Source of the DNA: Scenedesmus sp. PABB004
Taxonomy: Eukaryota
Length of the DNA stretch: 64,000 bases
Direction of reading: 5' to 3'
Assembly (NCBI GenBank): GCA_014905635.1
Contig: JABVCE010000008.1
Location: 558,001-622,000, forward strand
The notes beneath the pieces are model-generated. The model did no database searches and was not told the origin of the DNA. It was given only the letters and a program-made list of their open reading frames with translations. The stretch's first letter is position 1. The number at the start of each line of letters is the position of its first letter. Both the position numbers and the translations under genes were made by a program. Below, one piece after another: positions 12,301-24,708 of the stretch.

Positions 12301-14874
12301 CATGCGCTACAAGCAGCGCGTCGTGCGGTGAGCCCCGCCCCCCCCCCCCCCCCCCCCCCGCCCGCCCTCACACGCCCCTGCCCGCCCGCCCACATTCACA
12401 CGCCCTCACACCCGCCCCCACACGCCCCCACATGACCGCCCCCCCCCCCCCCCCCCCCCCGCCCCCTCTTTGCAGGAGCCTGCTGATGTGGGCCGCCTTC
12501 ATCGCGCTGCTCATCTTCTACCTCCCCCTCACCGCCGCCATACAGGCGGTCGTCAACCTCGACAACGCCCGCGCCGTGCCGGGCCTCTCCGTCATCACGC
12601 GCCTGCCCTTCGTCACGCAGGTCCTCCAGGGCGTGCTGCCCGGTGCGGCGGCGGCGGCGGCCGGGGCGCGCGCGCGCGCGCGTCGCGCCCGCCCGCTCCC
12701 TTTCGGCGCCCGCGTCCCTGACCTCCCTGTGTCCTCCCCTGCTGCCTCACCCGCTTGCCCACTCAACTCGCTCACTCAACTCACTCAACTCACTCAACTC
12801 ACTCCCTCCTCAACTCGCTCACTCACTCGTGCACCCTCTCACTCACTCACTCAACTCGCTCACTCGCGCACTCACTCAACTCGCTCACTCAACTCGCTCG
12901 CTCGCTCACTCACTCACTCACTCACTCAACTCGCTCAAACACACTCACACACCCCCTCACTCACCCCTTCCAATGCCCCCCCCCTCGCTCCCGCCAGGCC
13001 TGGTGCTGAAGATCTTCCTCATCGTCCTGCCCCCCATCCTGGCCGCGATGGCGCGCTTCGAGGGCAAGACCAGCCTCAGCCAGGTCGACTTCGCCGTCGG
13101 TGCGCCGCCCGCCGCCGCCGCCGCGCCGCTCCCGCCCCGCCGCGCCCGCGGCGCGCCCGTGCCCCCGCCCGGCGCGCCGCCTCACGCCCGCGCCCGCGCC
13201 CCGCCGCCTCCCCCGCCCGCCGCCCCGCCCGCCCTCCACCCCCGCCCGTCCGCCTTCCCGTCGCGGTCAAAATAACGCGCTCGCCGCGCAGTCAAGCGCT
13301 TCTTCATCTTCCAGGTCTTCGCGACGTTCATCTACCAGTTTGTCGTCGGCAGCGCGCTGAGCAACGTGCAGGCGATCGTCGCCGACCCGATGGGCCAGAT
13401 CGCAAACATCCTCGGCGTCAGCGCCGCGCAGACGAGCACCTTCTTCATGACCTTCATCATGATCAACGTGAGAGGACGCACGGGAGGGCTCAGGGGGCCC
13501 AGGGTTTGAGTGGGGGCTCAGGGGGACCAGGGCTCAGGGGGTGCAGGGGCTGAGCGGGCCGCGGGGGCCGGGAGGGCCCAGGGGTTGTACGGCGGTCGAC
13601 CCCTTGACCGCAGGGCCAGCCACTGCGCGCCGCGCCGGTCCGCCCACGCCGCCGCCGCCCGCCGCCGCTGCGCGCTCGCGCCGCGCACGCGCAGGCGCTC
13701 GCGGTGGGCATGGCGCTGTTCCGGCTGGTGCCGCTGGTCATATACTTCATTAAGTCCAAGCTCGCCGGCACGGAGCGCGCCAAGTACCGCGCCTGGGCGG
13801 TGCAGCCGTTCGAGTTTGGCACCCAGGCGCGCCCGCGCGCGCCGGCGCGCGCGCGACCCTCTCTCTCCCTCTGTCTCTCTCCGCCGCGCGCCCGCCTCCC
13901 TGCGCCGCCGCCACGCGCAGCCGCGCACCCCCGCGCGCGCCGCGCCGCGTCGCCGCCTTGCACACACGCAGGTCGCCAACCACACGATCACGCTCCTGCT
14001 CGGCCTCGCCTTCTGCTGCCTCGCCCCCCTCATCGCGCCCTTCTGCCTCCTCTACTTCAGCCTCGCCCTGCTCGCACAAAAGTACCAGCTCGTCTACGTC
14101 GTCACGCTGCCCTACAACGGCGGCGGCCGCATGTGGATCGACGTGCGCCGCCGCCGGGGCTGCCGCGCGGGCGCGGGGCTGCTGCGCGGGCGCGGGGGGT
14201 CTTTTGACGGGGCCGGGGCGCTCACGTCGCTGCCGCCCCACGCTCACGTCGCCGCCCCGGCGCGCACACGCCCGCCGCGCCCGCCGCGCCGCGCGCCGCG
14301 CCACAGGTCTTCCACCAGGTCATGGTCGGCGTGTACTTCCTGCAGGCCATGTCGCTCGCGGTGCTGCTCGTCAAGCGCTGGCCCTACGCGGTGCTGGTGC
14401 TGCCGTGCGTGGCCGTGACGGCGGTGGTGCACATCGTCAACGTCAACCTCTTCCGCCGCCCCTGGACGCTCATGAGCCTCAAGGAGGCGGCGGTGCTGGA
14501 CACGCGCGACCACGTGCGCGCCGCCGCGCCGCGGGAGGGAGGGAGGGAGCGAGGGAGGGAGGGAGGGAGGGACCTGGCGTGCGCGCGGGTCTGTGCCCCG
14601 CCCGCCCCGGCCCGCGCGCGTGTGCGCGCGCGAACCCACGGCCCTCGGGCGCTCCCGCCGCCGCCGCCGCCTCGCGCGCGCGCAGTCTGCCATGTCGCCC
14701 GCCGAGGCCGAGGCCGCGCGGCTGAACTACCTGTCGCCCGTGTTCAAGGTCGACGAGGCGGAGCACGCGCGGCTGATCGCCGCGGCCGCCGCGGTGGACG
14801 CGCACCTCAAGGGCGACAAGCCCCTGCCGCCAGACACCGACGACCTCCCCGTCTCCACCGAGGCCGCGGCGTGA
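9375..14874 (+). CDS. CSC1: OSCA/CSC1/ERD4 (TMEM63 family) calcium-permeable mechanosensitive channel, 19 exons
   Basis: Introns 9503-9610, 9757-9952, 10030-10185, 10321-10491, 10687-10794, 10918-11045, 11127-11298, 11410-11542, 11615-11756, 11867-12027, 12119-12280 (GC), 12328-12475, 12643-12997, 13100-13291, 13468-13694, 13827-13971 (GC), 14143-14306 and 14514-14685. Family motifs: RFYAPK, AGMDVVVMVRLL, LSSSNIPPGSHRFWAH, SVLVTDIP, AAFVTFN, PAPEAGEVIWKNL, STFFMTFIM, APLIAPFCLLYF and YNGGGRMW. Confidence 0.93.
12761..12950. repeat. Degenerate (CACT/CAACT/CGCT)n tract in OSCA intron 13
   Basis: About 190 nt of ACTCAACTCGCTCACTC-type units, very poor in G. Confidence 0.9.
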
Positions 14875-15733
14875 GCGCGCGAGCAGCGCGAGCGACGCGA
14901 CGCCCGCGCGGCGGGCGCGCGGCGCGCCCGCACCTTGTGAGCGGGGCCGGGCGACGCGGGCTCCGGGGCTGCGCGCGGCCGCGCGGCGCGCCGCCCGTGC
15001 GGCGAGCCGGGCGCGCCGCGGGGCGGCTGGTCGGCGCCGGCGGCGGCGGCGGCGGTTGCGATTGGCGTCCAGTCTGTGCTACTTCGATGTTTTGGCGCAC
15101 GCCAGGGGTTTGTGGTGACGCGCGCCCCACACGACCAAGCATGCTGCCGGCACGTGCATGCGCCCCCGGCGCCGCCTAGCAGCGCGCCCGCGCCGGGCGC
15201 GCGGGCCGCGCCTGAACGCATGAGCATGGAATGGTGCGCGTGGGTTGTGGCGGCGGGAGCACGGCGGGGCGGTGATGAACCCCGCATGAGGGAGCGGGGC
15301 GCTCGGGGGGTGCTGGCGGGGCAGACGCATCGACCGCGCGCATAAGACTTCGACCTTCGATTGGCTGGGGCAGGCCCACACGATTGGCAAGGGTTTGGAA
15401 ACACCCCCCGACGCTCGGGCGCGCGGCTGCGGTTGAGGCGCAGCGCCGCCGCGTGACGCCGCCGGTCAAGTCCTGTGCGGCGCCGCGCAGGCGACAGAGG
15501 CCAGCACAGGCTGACGACGTCCGGGCACGCCGTGCCCACCGCCACACGCCGCGATCGCGACGCCGCGCTCGACGCCGACCACGCGCGGCGCTAGCAGCTG
15601 CCCTCGCCCGCCGCGCAGCCGGGAGCCGGCCTGCTGCCGCGTTCCGAGCTGCTTGGGGCGTCTCCCACGCGGCCAGGCCAGGCCCGAAAGGAGGAGCGGG
15701 CGAGGCCGCGGTTGTTGCGCCATCTCCGAACTC

Positions 15734-17024
15734 ATGCGCGCAGCAGGCGCGCTCGCGCCCGCCCCCGGCAGGCGGCCGGCGTGCAGGAGGCCGGCGCCAT
15801 GCCGCAGCTTGCGGCGCGGCGGCGGCGGTGGCACCGCGCCGCGCCGCGCGACAGCGGCGCGCAGCAGCAGCGGCGGCGCCACCGCGACGACACCGACGAC
15901 GACCAGCGCCTTCCTGGCGCTGCGTGGCATCACGCTGCCGCCGTCGGCGTCGAGCCGCAACCCGGCGCTGGTGTGCGGCAACTCCAGCACGGTCGAGCGC
16001 GCCGCCGACGTGCTCGCGTTCCTGGAGGCCCTCGGCCTCGCGGGCAGCGCTGACGTGGAGCTCATGCTCACTCGGTGCGCCCAGGGGACGGTCCGCACGA
16101 CGGCGGCGCAGCGCGGGGGCTGGGCGCGCGCGGCGCTCGCCGGCGCCCGCCTCGCCACGCAGTCCGCACCACACCGCGCATCCCGCCGCCGCACCGCCGC
16201 CGCAGCTGCCCCAAGCTCCTCTCGTTCAACGTCGAGCGCGGCTGCCGCCCCGTGCTCGACTTCCTGCGCCAGCTGGGCCTGTCCGAGGAGGAGGTGGCGG
16301 GCGCGGTCAAGCGCTTCCCCCAGGTGCTGGGGTATGACGTGAAGGCGCACCTCGTGCCGCACGCGCACTACCTCAAGAGCCTCGGCCTCTCCGACGAGCA
16401 GCTGCGCGGCCTCGTCGTGCGCCGGCCCAACGTGCTGGTGCGCGCAGCACGCTCGCGCGCGCGGCGGCGCCCGCGCGCGCGGCCGAGGGACCGCCGCGTC
16501 GCACCGCCACGCCTCGCTCCTTCGAAGCACGCGCGCGACGCGCGCCGCGCGCCACGCCCCCCAGGGCACCGGCATTGAGCTGGTCATCACATACCTGCGC
16601 AAGTGGCTGCGCGTGCAGGTGCGGTTGCGGCGCGCGCCCACGCCCCCAGCTGCGGACGCGGGCCTGAGCAGCGCGGGGCGCCTCCCGGTCGCGCCGGGCC
16701 GCCGGCTCACCTCGCGCGCCCGCGCTGCCCGCGCCGCAGCGCACGCACGTGGGCGTGCTCCTCTCCTCCTATCCCATGGACTACAGCCTGCCGCGGCTTG
16801 TGCTGCCGGCGCAGCCCGACGCGGCCGACGCGGCGGGCGAGGGCGGCGCGGCGGGCGAGGCCGGCAGCGCCGCCGACGCGCGCAAGCGCGCGCCCTGGGG
16901 CTCGCCCGACCGCTGCACCTGGCTGGAGCTGCCCGGCAGCGGCGACGAGGGCCAGGCCGACGACGGCGACGGCGACGGCAGCGGCGGCGACGGGCTGCCG
17001 CCGCCCCCGCCGCCGCGGCCGTAG
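15734..17024 (+). CDS. mTERF-family organellar nucleic-acid-binding protein with a transit-peptide-like N-terminus
   Basis: Exons 15734-16074, 16206-16437, 16565-16618 and 16740-17024. mTERF repeats: LAFLEALGL..RCPKLLSFNVE, VLDFLRQLGLS..KRFPQVLGYDV and YLKSLGLS..RRPNVLG. Confidence 0.85.
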
Positions 17025-17853
17025 CGCGGCCCGCGCCGCCCTGCGCGCCCCGCCAGCTGCCGCAGCCCGCCGCCGCCGCAGCAGCAGCAGCAGCCTGTGA
17101 CACCAGCTGTGACACCAGCTAGCAGTGCCTCTTGTGCCAACGGGCGAGCTCCCCACGACGGCGCTGCTGCTCATCGGTCGGCGGCCTGCCCCCGCATGTA
17201 CCACTACAGTGTACCACCAGCACAGCACGACGGCGTTGGTTGACGTTTGATGGCGGCGTTGTTGAAGCGTGTGCGTTCGTTTGCATTGCCCGCCGCCGCG
17301 AGGCGGCGGCCTGTGCAGCTGCGCGCCCGTGCGCGGCACGTGCTGCGCGCCCGAGCGGGGCGGCCGAGGGCGCTGAGCGGCGCAGCCATCGCTGCGCCGT
17401 GGGGAGGAGGAGGAAGAGGGCTAGAGCTGGGGAGGAGGAGGAGGGAGGAGGAGAGGGAGGAGAGGAGGAGAGGGACGGGCGATCGTTCGATCACGAGGTT
17501 ACCCTCGCCCCCTGCAGCCCGCTGCTATGTACAGCGAGCCCCTGACACGCCAGGCCCCTGCCTGACTCGAAATCGCGGCCTCTCTCAACGCTACGCAGCA
17601 ACACAGGAGGAGGTTCCGGCGGACAGCGCTTGCCTGGTTGCGTTGGGAGGAGGCAAAGGATCAAGGGGCCGCGGCGCGGGGCGGGCGGCGCGGCACACAC
17701 ACAGCCGCACCCGCGCCAGACACACACGCGCCGCCACGCCGCCGCGCTATGCCCGCGCGCGCGCGCGCGCTGCGCCAGCGGCGGCGACGCACGCGCGCGG
17801 GAAAAAATGGCCTCCACCCCCCCCCCGGCCGCGGTCCCGCCCCGGCGCCTCCC

Positions 17854-18695
17854 TCACTCCGCGACGATGGCCATGATCTCCCTGGCCAGCTTGCTCATCT
17901 GCGCGTCGGCCGCGCCCGGCGGGTGCAGGCTGGGGCTCGACCCGAGCACCAGCTCCGCGGCGCTCGCGCTCGTCGCGGCCGCGGCGACCTCGACCTCCAG
18001 CTCCGTGCTGCGGCTGTAGCCACGCGGCGCGTCGCTCGCGGGGAGGCCCGCGCTCGTCGCGGCCACGGCGGCGGCCGCCGCCGACGGCGGCAGCGGGCCG
18101 GGCCAGAGGCTGCGCATGCTCGCCGCGACGCTCGACGCCGCGCTGCCGGCGCTCGCCGCAAACGGCGCCCACACGCTGCTCGCGCTGCCAAACACGCCGA
18201 GCGGCGCGGTCGTGGGGATCGGCGGCGGCCCGGGGCTGGGCGTGCCGGCGCCGGCGCCGGGCGCGCCGCCGCCACCGCCGCCGCCGGGCAGCGCGAGCCC
18301 CGCGCATTGCGGCAGGAACGCGTCGCCGCCGGCGCTGCTGGGCGTTGCGTGCGAGTAGTCCTCGGCGGAGAAGCCCGGCGGCAGCGCGTCGTCGTCGTCG
18401 AGGCGAAGCGGCAGCGCGCCGCTGCACCGGCGGCCGCCGCCGCCGGGGGCGTAGCCCTCAAAGCCGGGCGGCGCGCCGCGCGCGGCGCCGCCGCCGCCGC
18501 CGGGCGGCGCGCCGCCGTAGGCGAGGGCCGTGTACTCGGCGTAGTCGGGCGCGCCGCCGCTGTAGCTGCTGCGCGCGCCGCCGGGCAGGAACGCCTCGCC
18601 GCCGCCGCCGCCGCCCACGGGCGCGGAGCCGCCCGCCGACGGCACGCCGCCCAGGCGCACCTCGCCCGGCGCGGTGGCGGAGAGGAGGTCGAGCA

Positions 18696-18745
<50 letters not shown>

Positions 18746-21700
18746 GCGGCCGTGGCGCCGAGCGCGCCGCCGCCGTACGAGTGGTGCGGCGAGAGCGCGC
18801 CGCCGGGCAGGTCGAGCGCGTGGCTCGGGCTGCCCAGCCCCGGCTCGTACGGCCCGCCGGCGCCGAGGCCGGGCAGGCCGGCGCCGCCGACCTCCATCAG
18901 CGCGTCGGGGCTGGGCAGGTGGGCGTACGCGGCGTACGGCCCGCCGTCGGGCACGGGCGACGGCCCGCGCAGCGGCAGCCCGCCCGCGCCGCCATAGCTG
19001 CCGAGCCACTCGCCGGGCGAGCCGCCGCCGCCGCCGCCGCCGAGCGCGCCGCCAAAGCCGCCGTGCCGCGCCGCCGCGGCGGCGAGCAGGTGCGCCCTGG
19101 AGGGCGCGCCCGACAGCGCCGAGCTGGGCTGGTAGGGCTGGGCCTTGGGGTTGAGCCGGGGCTTGCTGGGCGTGGAGCCGGCGGAGCCGGGGCCGCCGCC
19201 CTGCGCGCCCCAGGCCGCCGGCATGCGGCCGCCGCCGTGCGCGCCGCCGCCGCGCGCGCCGCCCGCGCCGCCCGCCGCGCCCGCCGGCGGCGTCACCGGT
19301 GGCGTCACACCCGCGGCGGCCGCGGCCGCGGCGACGCGCTGCTGCAGCGCGACGAGCTTGCGCGCCGACGCGGGGAGCTCGTCGGGCGTATAGCCTGGGA
19401 TGTTGGCCGCCTGCTGCTGCAGCTGCAGCAGCTTGGCCGCCTTGCTCAGCTTGCTCTGCTTGGCGCTCTGCGTGGCCGCGCCGCCGGCCGCGGCAAGCGC
19501 GCCGGGCTTGGCGGCGCCGGCCTTGCCGCCAGCGGCCGCGTCCTGGCCCCTGCTGCCGCCGGCCTTGCCGGCGCCCCCGCCGTCGGGCGACGCCCGGTCG
19601 CCGGGCTGTGCCGCGCCGCCGGCGACGCCGTTGGCCGCAGCGGCGGCCTTGCCCTTGCCGCGCTTGGAGGTGCTGCCGACCGCCGCCTGCCGCTGCGCCT
19701 CGGCGGCCGCCACCGCCGCGGCCGCGGCCGCGGCGGGCGAGGTCGGCGACCCCACGGGCTCGCCGGCGAAGCCGAGCGCGTCCTCCACGCTGGAGACCGA
19801 GGGCTGCGTCGAGATAGGGTGCGAGCTGCACGCGCCGCCGCGGCTGCCGCCGCTGCTGCTTGCCCGGCCGCCGCCGCTCGCCGGCGCGTCGGCCAGGCTG
19901 CTCCGGCTGCTGCTGCCGCTCGGGCCGCGCTGGCCGCCGCCGCCGGGCGGCTGCGGCGGCCGCGCCCGCCCCCTGCCGCCGCCGCCGTCCCTGCTGGCGC
20001 CTGGCGGCGCAGCGGGCGGCAGCGGCGCGGGCGCGGGCGCGGGGGCCTCGCCAGCCTGCAAGCTGGGCAAGGGCGTCAGGCCCGCGCCGGTCGACGACGA
20101 CACGCGCGACAGCGAGCCGCTGGACGCGCGGCTGGGGCTGACAGACGCGGGCGCGGACGAAGTGGGCGGCGTCGCCGCCGCCGCAGAGTCCGCCTCCGCG
20201 CCGCCGCTGGTGCCCAGGCCAAAGAGCTGCAGGAGGCGCCGCAGCGTGCCGGCGGGCGCCGGGCCCGCCGCCGCGGCGGCAAAGGCGCCCAGCCCGTCGT
20301 CGCGCGGCGCGTCCCCGCAGCCGGCGTCGCTGAGCCTGCTGCTGCGCCGCCGCGGCAGCGCGGGCGCGGGCTCGCCGCCGGCCGCAGCCGGCGGCGCCGG
20401 CGGCGCCGGCGGCGCCGCCGCGGCCGCGGCCGCGGCCGCGGGGGGCTGCTGCTCGGGCGCGTCGCGCGGCCGCGCGGCGGCCTTGCGGCTCTTGCGTGCC
20501 TCCTCGACCTTCTGGGCCTTCAGCCGCGCCTTGTCGGCCGCCGCGCGGGCCTGGTCCTTGCGGCGGCGCTTCTCCAGCAGCGTGCGCGCGCGCTGCAGCA
20601 GCCCGCCCTCGCCCAGGTCTGCCGCCTCTGCGTCCGCGAGCGCCGCCTCGAGGCGGGCCGTGTCGGTGCTGCTCATCGCCACGCGCAGCGCCGCCGCGAC
20701 GACGCGCTTCTGCCGCCCCGCCGCGCCGCCCTCCCAGTCGTCCGGCTCGGCCTCGCCCTCGCCGGCGCCGGCGCCGGGCAGCGCGGCGCCGCTGCCGGTG
20801 CCGGCGCTGCCGGCGGCGAGCCCGAGCCCCGCCGACCCGGGCGCGCCTTTCAAGCGCCCCGCGCCGAGGCCCAGCAGCACGAGCCGCGCGGCGGCGCCGC
20901 TGCCGCCGCCGCCGCCGCCGCGGCGCCGCCGCTTGCTCGCAAGGTACAGCCCCACGCTCGCGACGGCACAGCCCGCGAGCGTGAGCGGCACGAGCGGGTC
21001 GTCGCGGTCGCGGCGCCCCGCGTCGCGCGCGAGCTTGGCCATCTGCTCCTGCAGCTGCCGGTCCGAGAGCTCCCGGTCCGTCAGCGGGTAGTGGCTGTGC
21101 GCGTGGCGGTGCGCGCGGTGCCGCGCGCGGCCGCCGCCGCCGTCCTCGCCGGCGGCGCCGCCGTTGCCGCGCTCGCCGCTGCCGTTGGGGCCGTCGCCCC
21201 AGCCGCCGCCGCCGCCGCCGCCGCCGAGCGCGCCGCGCCCGGCCCAGCCGCCGGCGGCGCCCGCGCGCGCGCGCGCGCGCGGCGCGTAGCTGCCCGCCGG
21301 CGGCGGCAGCCCGAGCCCCGCCGGCAGCGGGTCGAGCGGCGGCCGCCGCGGCGGCCGCAGCGGCGCGCGCGCGCACGCGCCGACGTTGGGCACGAGCACG
21401 CTGCACGCGCGCGGCGCGCGGCCCTCGAGCAGCGCCGCCTCGGTGCAGCCGCGCTGCTGCGGCGTCGCGCGCCGCCCCGCGAGCGCGAGGCTGCGGGCCG
21501 CGGAGAGGCGGTCAAGGGCATCAAACAGGAAGTCAGCCTCCTCGGGGTCGTACGTGCCCACGATGCGGTCGACCAGCGCAGGCACATCAGCATAGTGATA
21601 GTAGTGCACGCCGCCGCCGCCGCCGCCGGGCGGCGGGCCCGCGTCGTGCGCGGCGCCGGCGTCGCCGCCGGCGCCGCGCGCCCGCAGCGCGCGCGCCTGC

Positions 21701-23156
21701 GCGGGCGGCGGGCCGTCGCCGGCCGGCGCGGCGCGGATGTGCACAAAGCCGCACAGCTCGACGCCGCCGCGCCCGCCGCCGCCGCCGGGCGGCGCGCCGC
21801 CGGCGCCGGCGCCGGCGTCGCCCGGCACGAAGAGCGGCTCGCCCGGCTGCTGCTCGCCGCCGCCGGCGCAGCTGCCGGCGTCGAGCGCGGGGTCGGCGGC
21901 GCCGCCGTCGCACGCGCCCGGCGCCGCCACGTGCGCGCGGCCGGTGCGCGGGTCGATCGTGACCGCCTGCGCGGTCACCCAGGCGGGCAGGTAGCTCACG
22001 CAGCGGCCCTTGTCGTCGTGCCGCCGGCAGCCAACCTCGAGCTCCGCGAGGTAGTCGGCCGGCACGAGGCTCAGCAGGCGGAAGAAGAGGCGCTGCATGT
22101 ACTGCGCGACGTGCTCCCCTGGCTTGCGCAGCAGCGCCGTCGCGTGGCTGCCAAACGCGTCGCGCAGCGGCTCGATCGCCGGCAGGCCGCCGCCGCCGCC
22201 GCCGGCCGCGCCGACGCGCACGGGCAGGCGCAGCAGCGGCACGAGGCGCGTCAGGTAGTCGGCCTTGGCGGTGCAGCCGGTGCAGGCGATGCCGTGGTGC
22301 TCCAGCACCTCGCGCACGCGGCTGGCCTTGAGCTGCGGCAGCAGCTCCGCCGCGACGCTCGCGATCGTGCCCGCGCGCCGCCCGATCGCGGCGACGCTGT
22401 CGGGCACGAGCTCATCGCCGCCCTTGAGCAGCGCCGTGGCGAGCTGCAGCAGCTCCATGGCCTCCGTCAGGTCGTCCACGTCGCGCTGCTCCTGCGCGGC
22501 AGCGGCGCGGGCGCGGGGGCGGCGGCGGTCAGCCGCGGCGGCCGGCGGCGGCGGCCGGCGCTGGCGGCGCCTGATGCGGCTGCTGCTGCCGCTGCAGCTG
22601 GCTGCTGCTGCCAGCTGCCGCTGCTGCCGCGCCAACCGCCGTGGCCGGCCCACCCGTGCGAGCTGCACGAGGCAGTCGGAGCGCAGGACCAGGGTGTTGG
22701 CGAGCTCCATCTTCTGCCGCCGGAAGAGGCTGCCCGGCATGACCAGGCCCTGCTGCCAGCGGTCGAGCGTCTTGGCGTCGGCGTACGCAAACAGGCGCAG
22801 CGCGAGCGACTCCTCCAGCGCGATGATCGCCTCATCGTACTCTGCGTCCTGGTACGCGTGCCGCGCGATCGCGTAGAGCGATGCCGACGACAGCAGCCGC
22901 TCCCTGCGGCGCGCGGAGGCGCGGCGGCGTGTGGGCCGCGGCGGCGGCACCCCTGCCGCGCGGCGGCCGGCGCTGCTCACCAGCCCTTGTCGCCGACGGC
23001 CCACTTTGACAGCGTCTCGATCGCGGCGGACGCGCCCTCCTGCAGGTCGCAGTTGGTCGGGTCGCCCTGCGCAGCGGGGCGGGCGCAACGGCGGCGGCGG
23101 GCTCGGCGGCGGCGACTGGGCTCCACCGGAGGCCGGCGCGCGCTGAAGGGCGCGCG

Positions 23157-23189
<33 letters not shown>

Positions 23190-23990
23190 GCGCGCGCCGG
23201 CGTGCTGGCGCCGGCGTGCGCTGCCGGGCGCGCGCCCGCTGCGCTCGCCGCCGCGGCTCGCCTTGCACTGCTGGTCGCGGACCATCAGCGACGCGACGTG
23301 CGCGGTCGCCTCCATGCGCCACTCCAGCGCAAACGTCTTGGCCGCGTCGGCGGCCGTGACCTGCGCGCGCGCGCGCGGGGCAGGTGGGGAGGCCGTCCGG
23401 AGCACCCGCCCGGCGCCCGGGCCGGCGCGGCGCCGGCGCGGCGGCGCGGCGGCCCCCGACGGCCCCCGGCGGCGCGCCGCCGCGCGCGAGCAGCGGAGCG
23501 GTTGCTGCGGCGCGCCGCGCCGCCGGGCCGCGCCGGCGCGGCGACGACGCCCCCAGGGGCCGCGCCGCCGCGCCGGGCGCTCAATCCCGGCCGGTTGGGG
23601 GCGCGGGGAGCGCTCGCGCACCTGCTTTGTGGCGCCCGCTGCCGCGCCATGCTGCGCCAGCGCGCGCACGGCGAGCAGGCAGAGCAGCCACACCACTCGG
23701 CCTGCGCGGCGACGCACGGGCGCGGTCAGGGCGGCCCCGCCGGCGCCAGGGCGGCCCAGCGGCGCCGGGGCGGGCAGGTCTGCTGCTCGACCCGCGGGGA
23801 ACGCGCCGCGGCGCGCCGGTCCCGGGCCCCGATTGGCCCCGGCCGCGCGGGAGGCCCGATCAGCCACCGAGCGCTGGGCGCCGCGGCCGGCCGGTGGCCA
23901 CCGCCCGCCGCGAGGGCTGCGATGGCCCGCCGCGCCGCCCTCCCGCCGCGCGGCCGCCACCAGCGCCGCGTGCGCACCCCGAGGCTCCAT
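17854..23990 (-). CDS. About 1721-aa predicted type I membrane protein: signal peptide, TPR-like helices, ARMET_C/SAP-like CxGC domain, TM helix and a long disordered tail
   Basis: Exons 23990-23978, 23701-23622, 23360-23262, 23066-22981, 22903-22654 and 22491-17854 total 5166 nt. N-terminus MEPRGRVVWLLCLLAVRALA; TPR-like AYQDAEYDEAIIALEESLAL; LPQLKASRVREVLEHHGIACTGCTAKADYLTRL; TM PLVPLTLAGCAVASVGLYLASKRRRR. Further cryptic in-frame introns in the last exon are possible. Confidence 0.75.
18697..18744 (-). repeat. (CAG)16 coding polyglutamine
   Basis: Perfect CTG run on the plus strand, in frame as Q16. Confidence 0.95.
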
Positions 23991-24692
23991 GGCGGGCCTC
24001 CCAGAGCTCCTCAGGCACAGCCTGCGCGCCTGCGCTGCGCGAGGGGCTCGCGATCCATGCTGTCCGCGCAGCGCGCGCTGCACGCGCTCTCGGCGCGGTC
24101 CTGGCACCGTCGTCGCGTCCCTGGCGGGCGGGTGGGGGCCGAGCACGCCGCCGGAGCCCACAAAGCCCCGGTCGCCGCGCCGCGAGCCCGCACACACGGC
24201 GCCCCGGCGCCCAGGGCAAGGCCCCGACAGCCCGCACGACCGCCGGGCACGCCGGCGGCGGCGGCGCCGGCGGCGGCGGTGGCGGCACGCCCGCCGCCCG
24301 CGCTCGTGCACCGGCCCGCTGCCGCGCCGCCGCCGTCGCCGCCGGCGCCGCACTCGGGGCAGCCTCTTGGCCCCCGCCGGCCGCCGCCTCACCGCCGTCC
24401 GCGGGCGTCACTGCGCGCGCGCCCGGCGGTGCCGCTGCGTCCGCCCGTGGCGACGCCCGCCGGGCCCGTCGACTGGCGGGCCCCCGCCGCGCCAGCACGC
24501 GCAAGCCGCGACAGCGCGGGCCCGCCGCAGCGCGCCGGCTGCGACGCGCTCGCACAGCCGGCAGACGGCAAGTTGGCGGGCGGCCCGGCGCAGCGGCTGG
24601 CGCGGGCCGCTGGCTCAAGGCAGTCAGCAAGGAGCTCACTCCTCTGCTTGACAGTCGCCGGAGGCGGCTCGCGGCGCTGCGCACGCGGCCGC

Positions 24693-24708
24693 CGAGTGAC
24701 GTCACTCG
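24693..24708. promoter_or_regulatory. Perfect 16-bp palindrome CGAGTGACGTCACTCG with a C-box/CRE core (candidate bZIP site)
   Basis: Self-complementary with a TGACGTCA core. It lies between the divergent starts at 23990 (-) and 25412 (+). Confidence 0.4.

Noticed and set aside
17638..24651. 2337-aa plus-strand ORF and other giant Arg/Ala-rich ORFs (3991-7428, 59837-63286, 36561-39155)
   Set aside because: They are antisense or off-frame shadows of real genes. Stop codons are rare at this GC content and the translations have no domain-like content.
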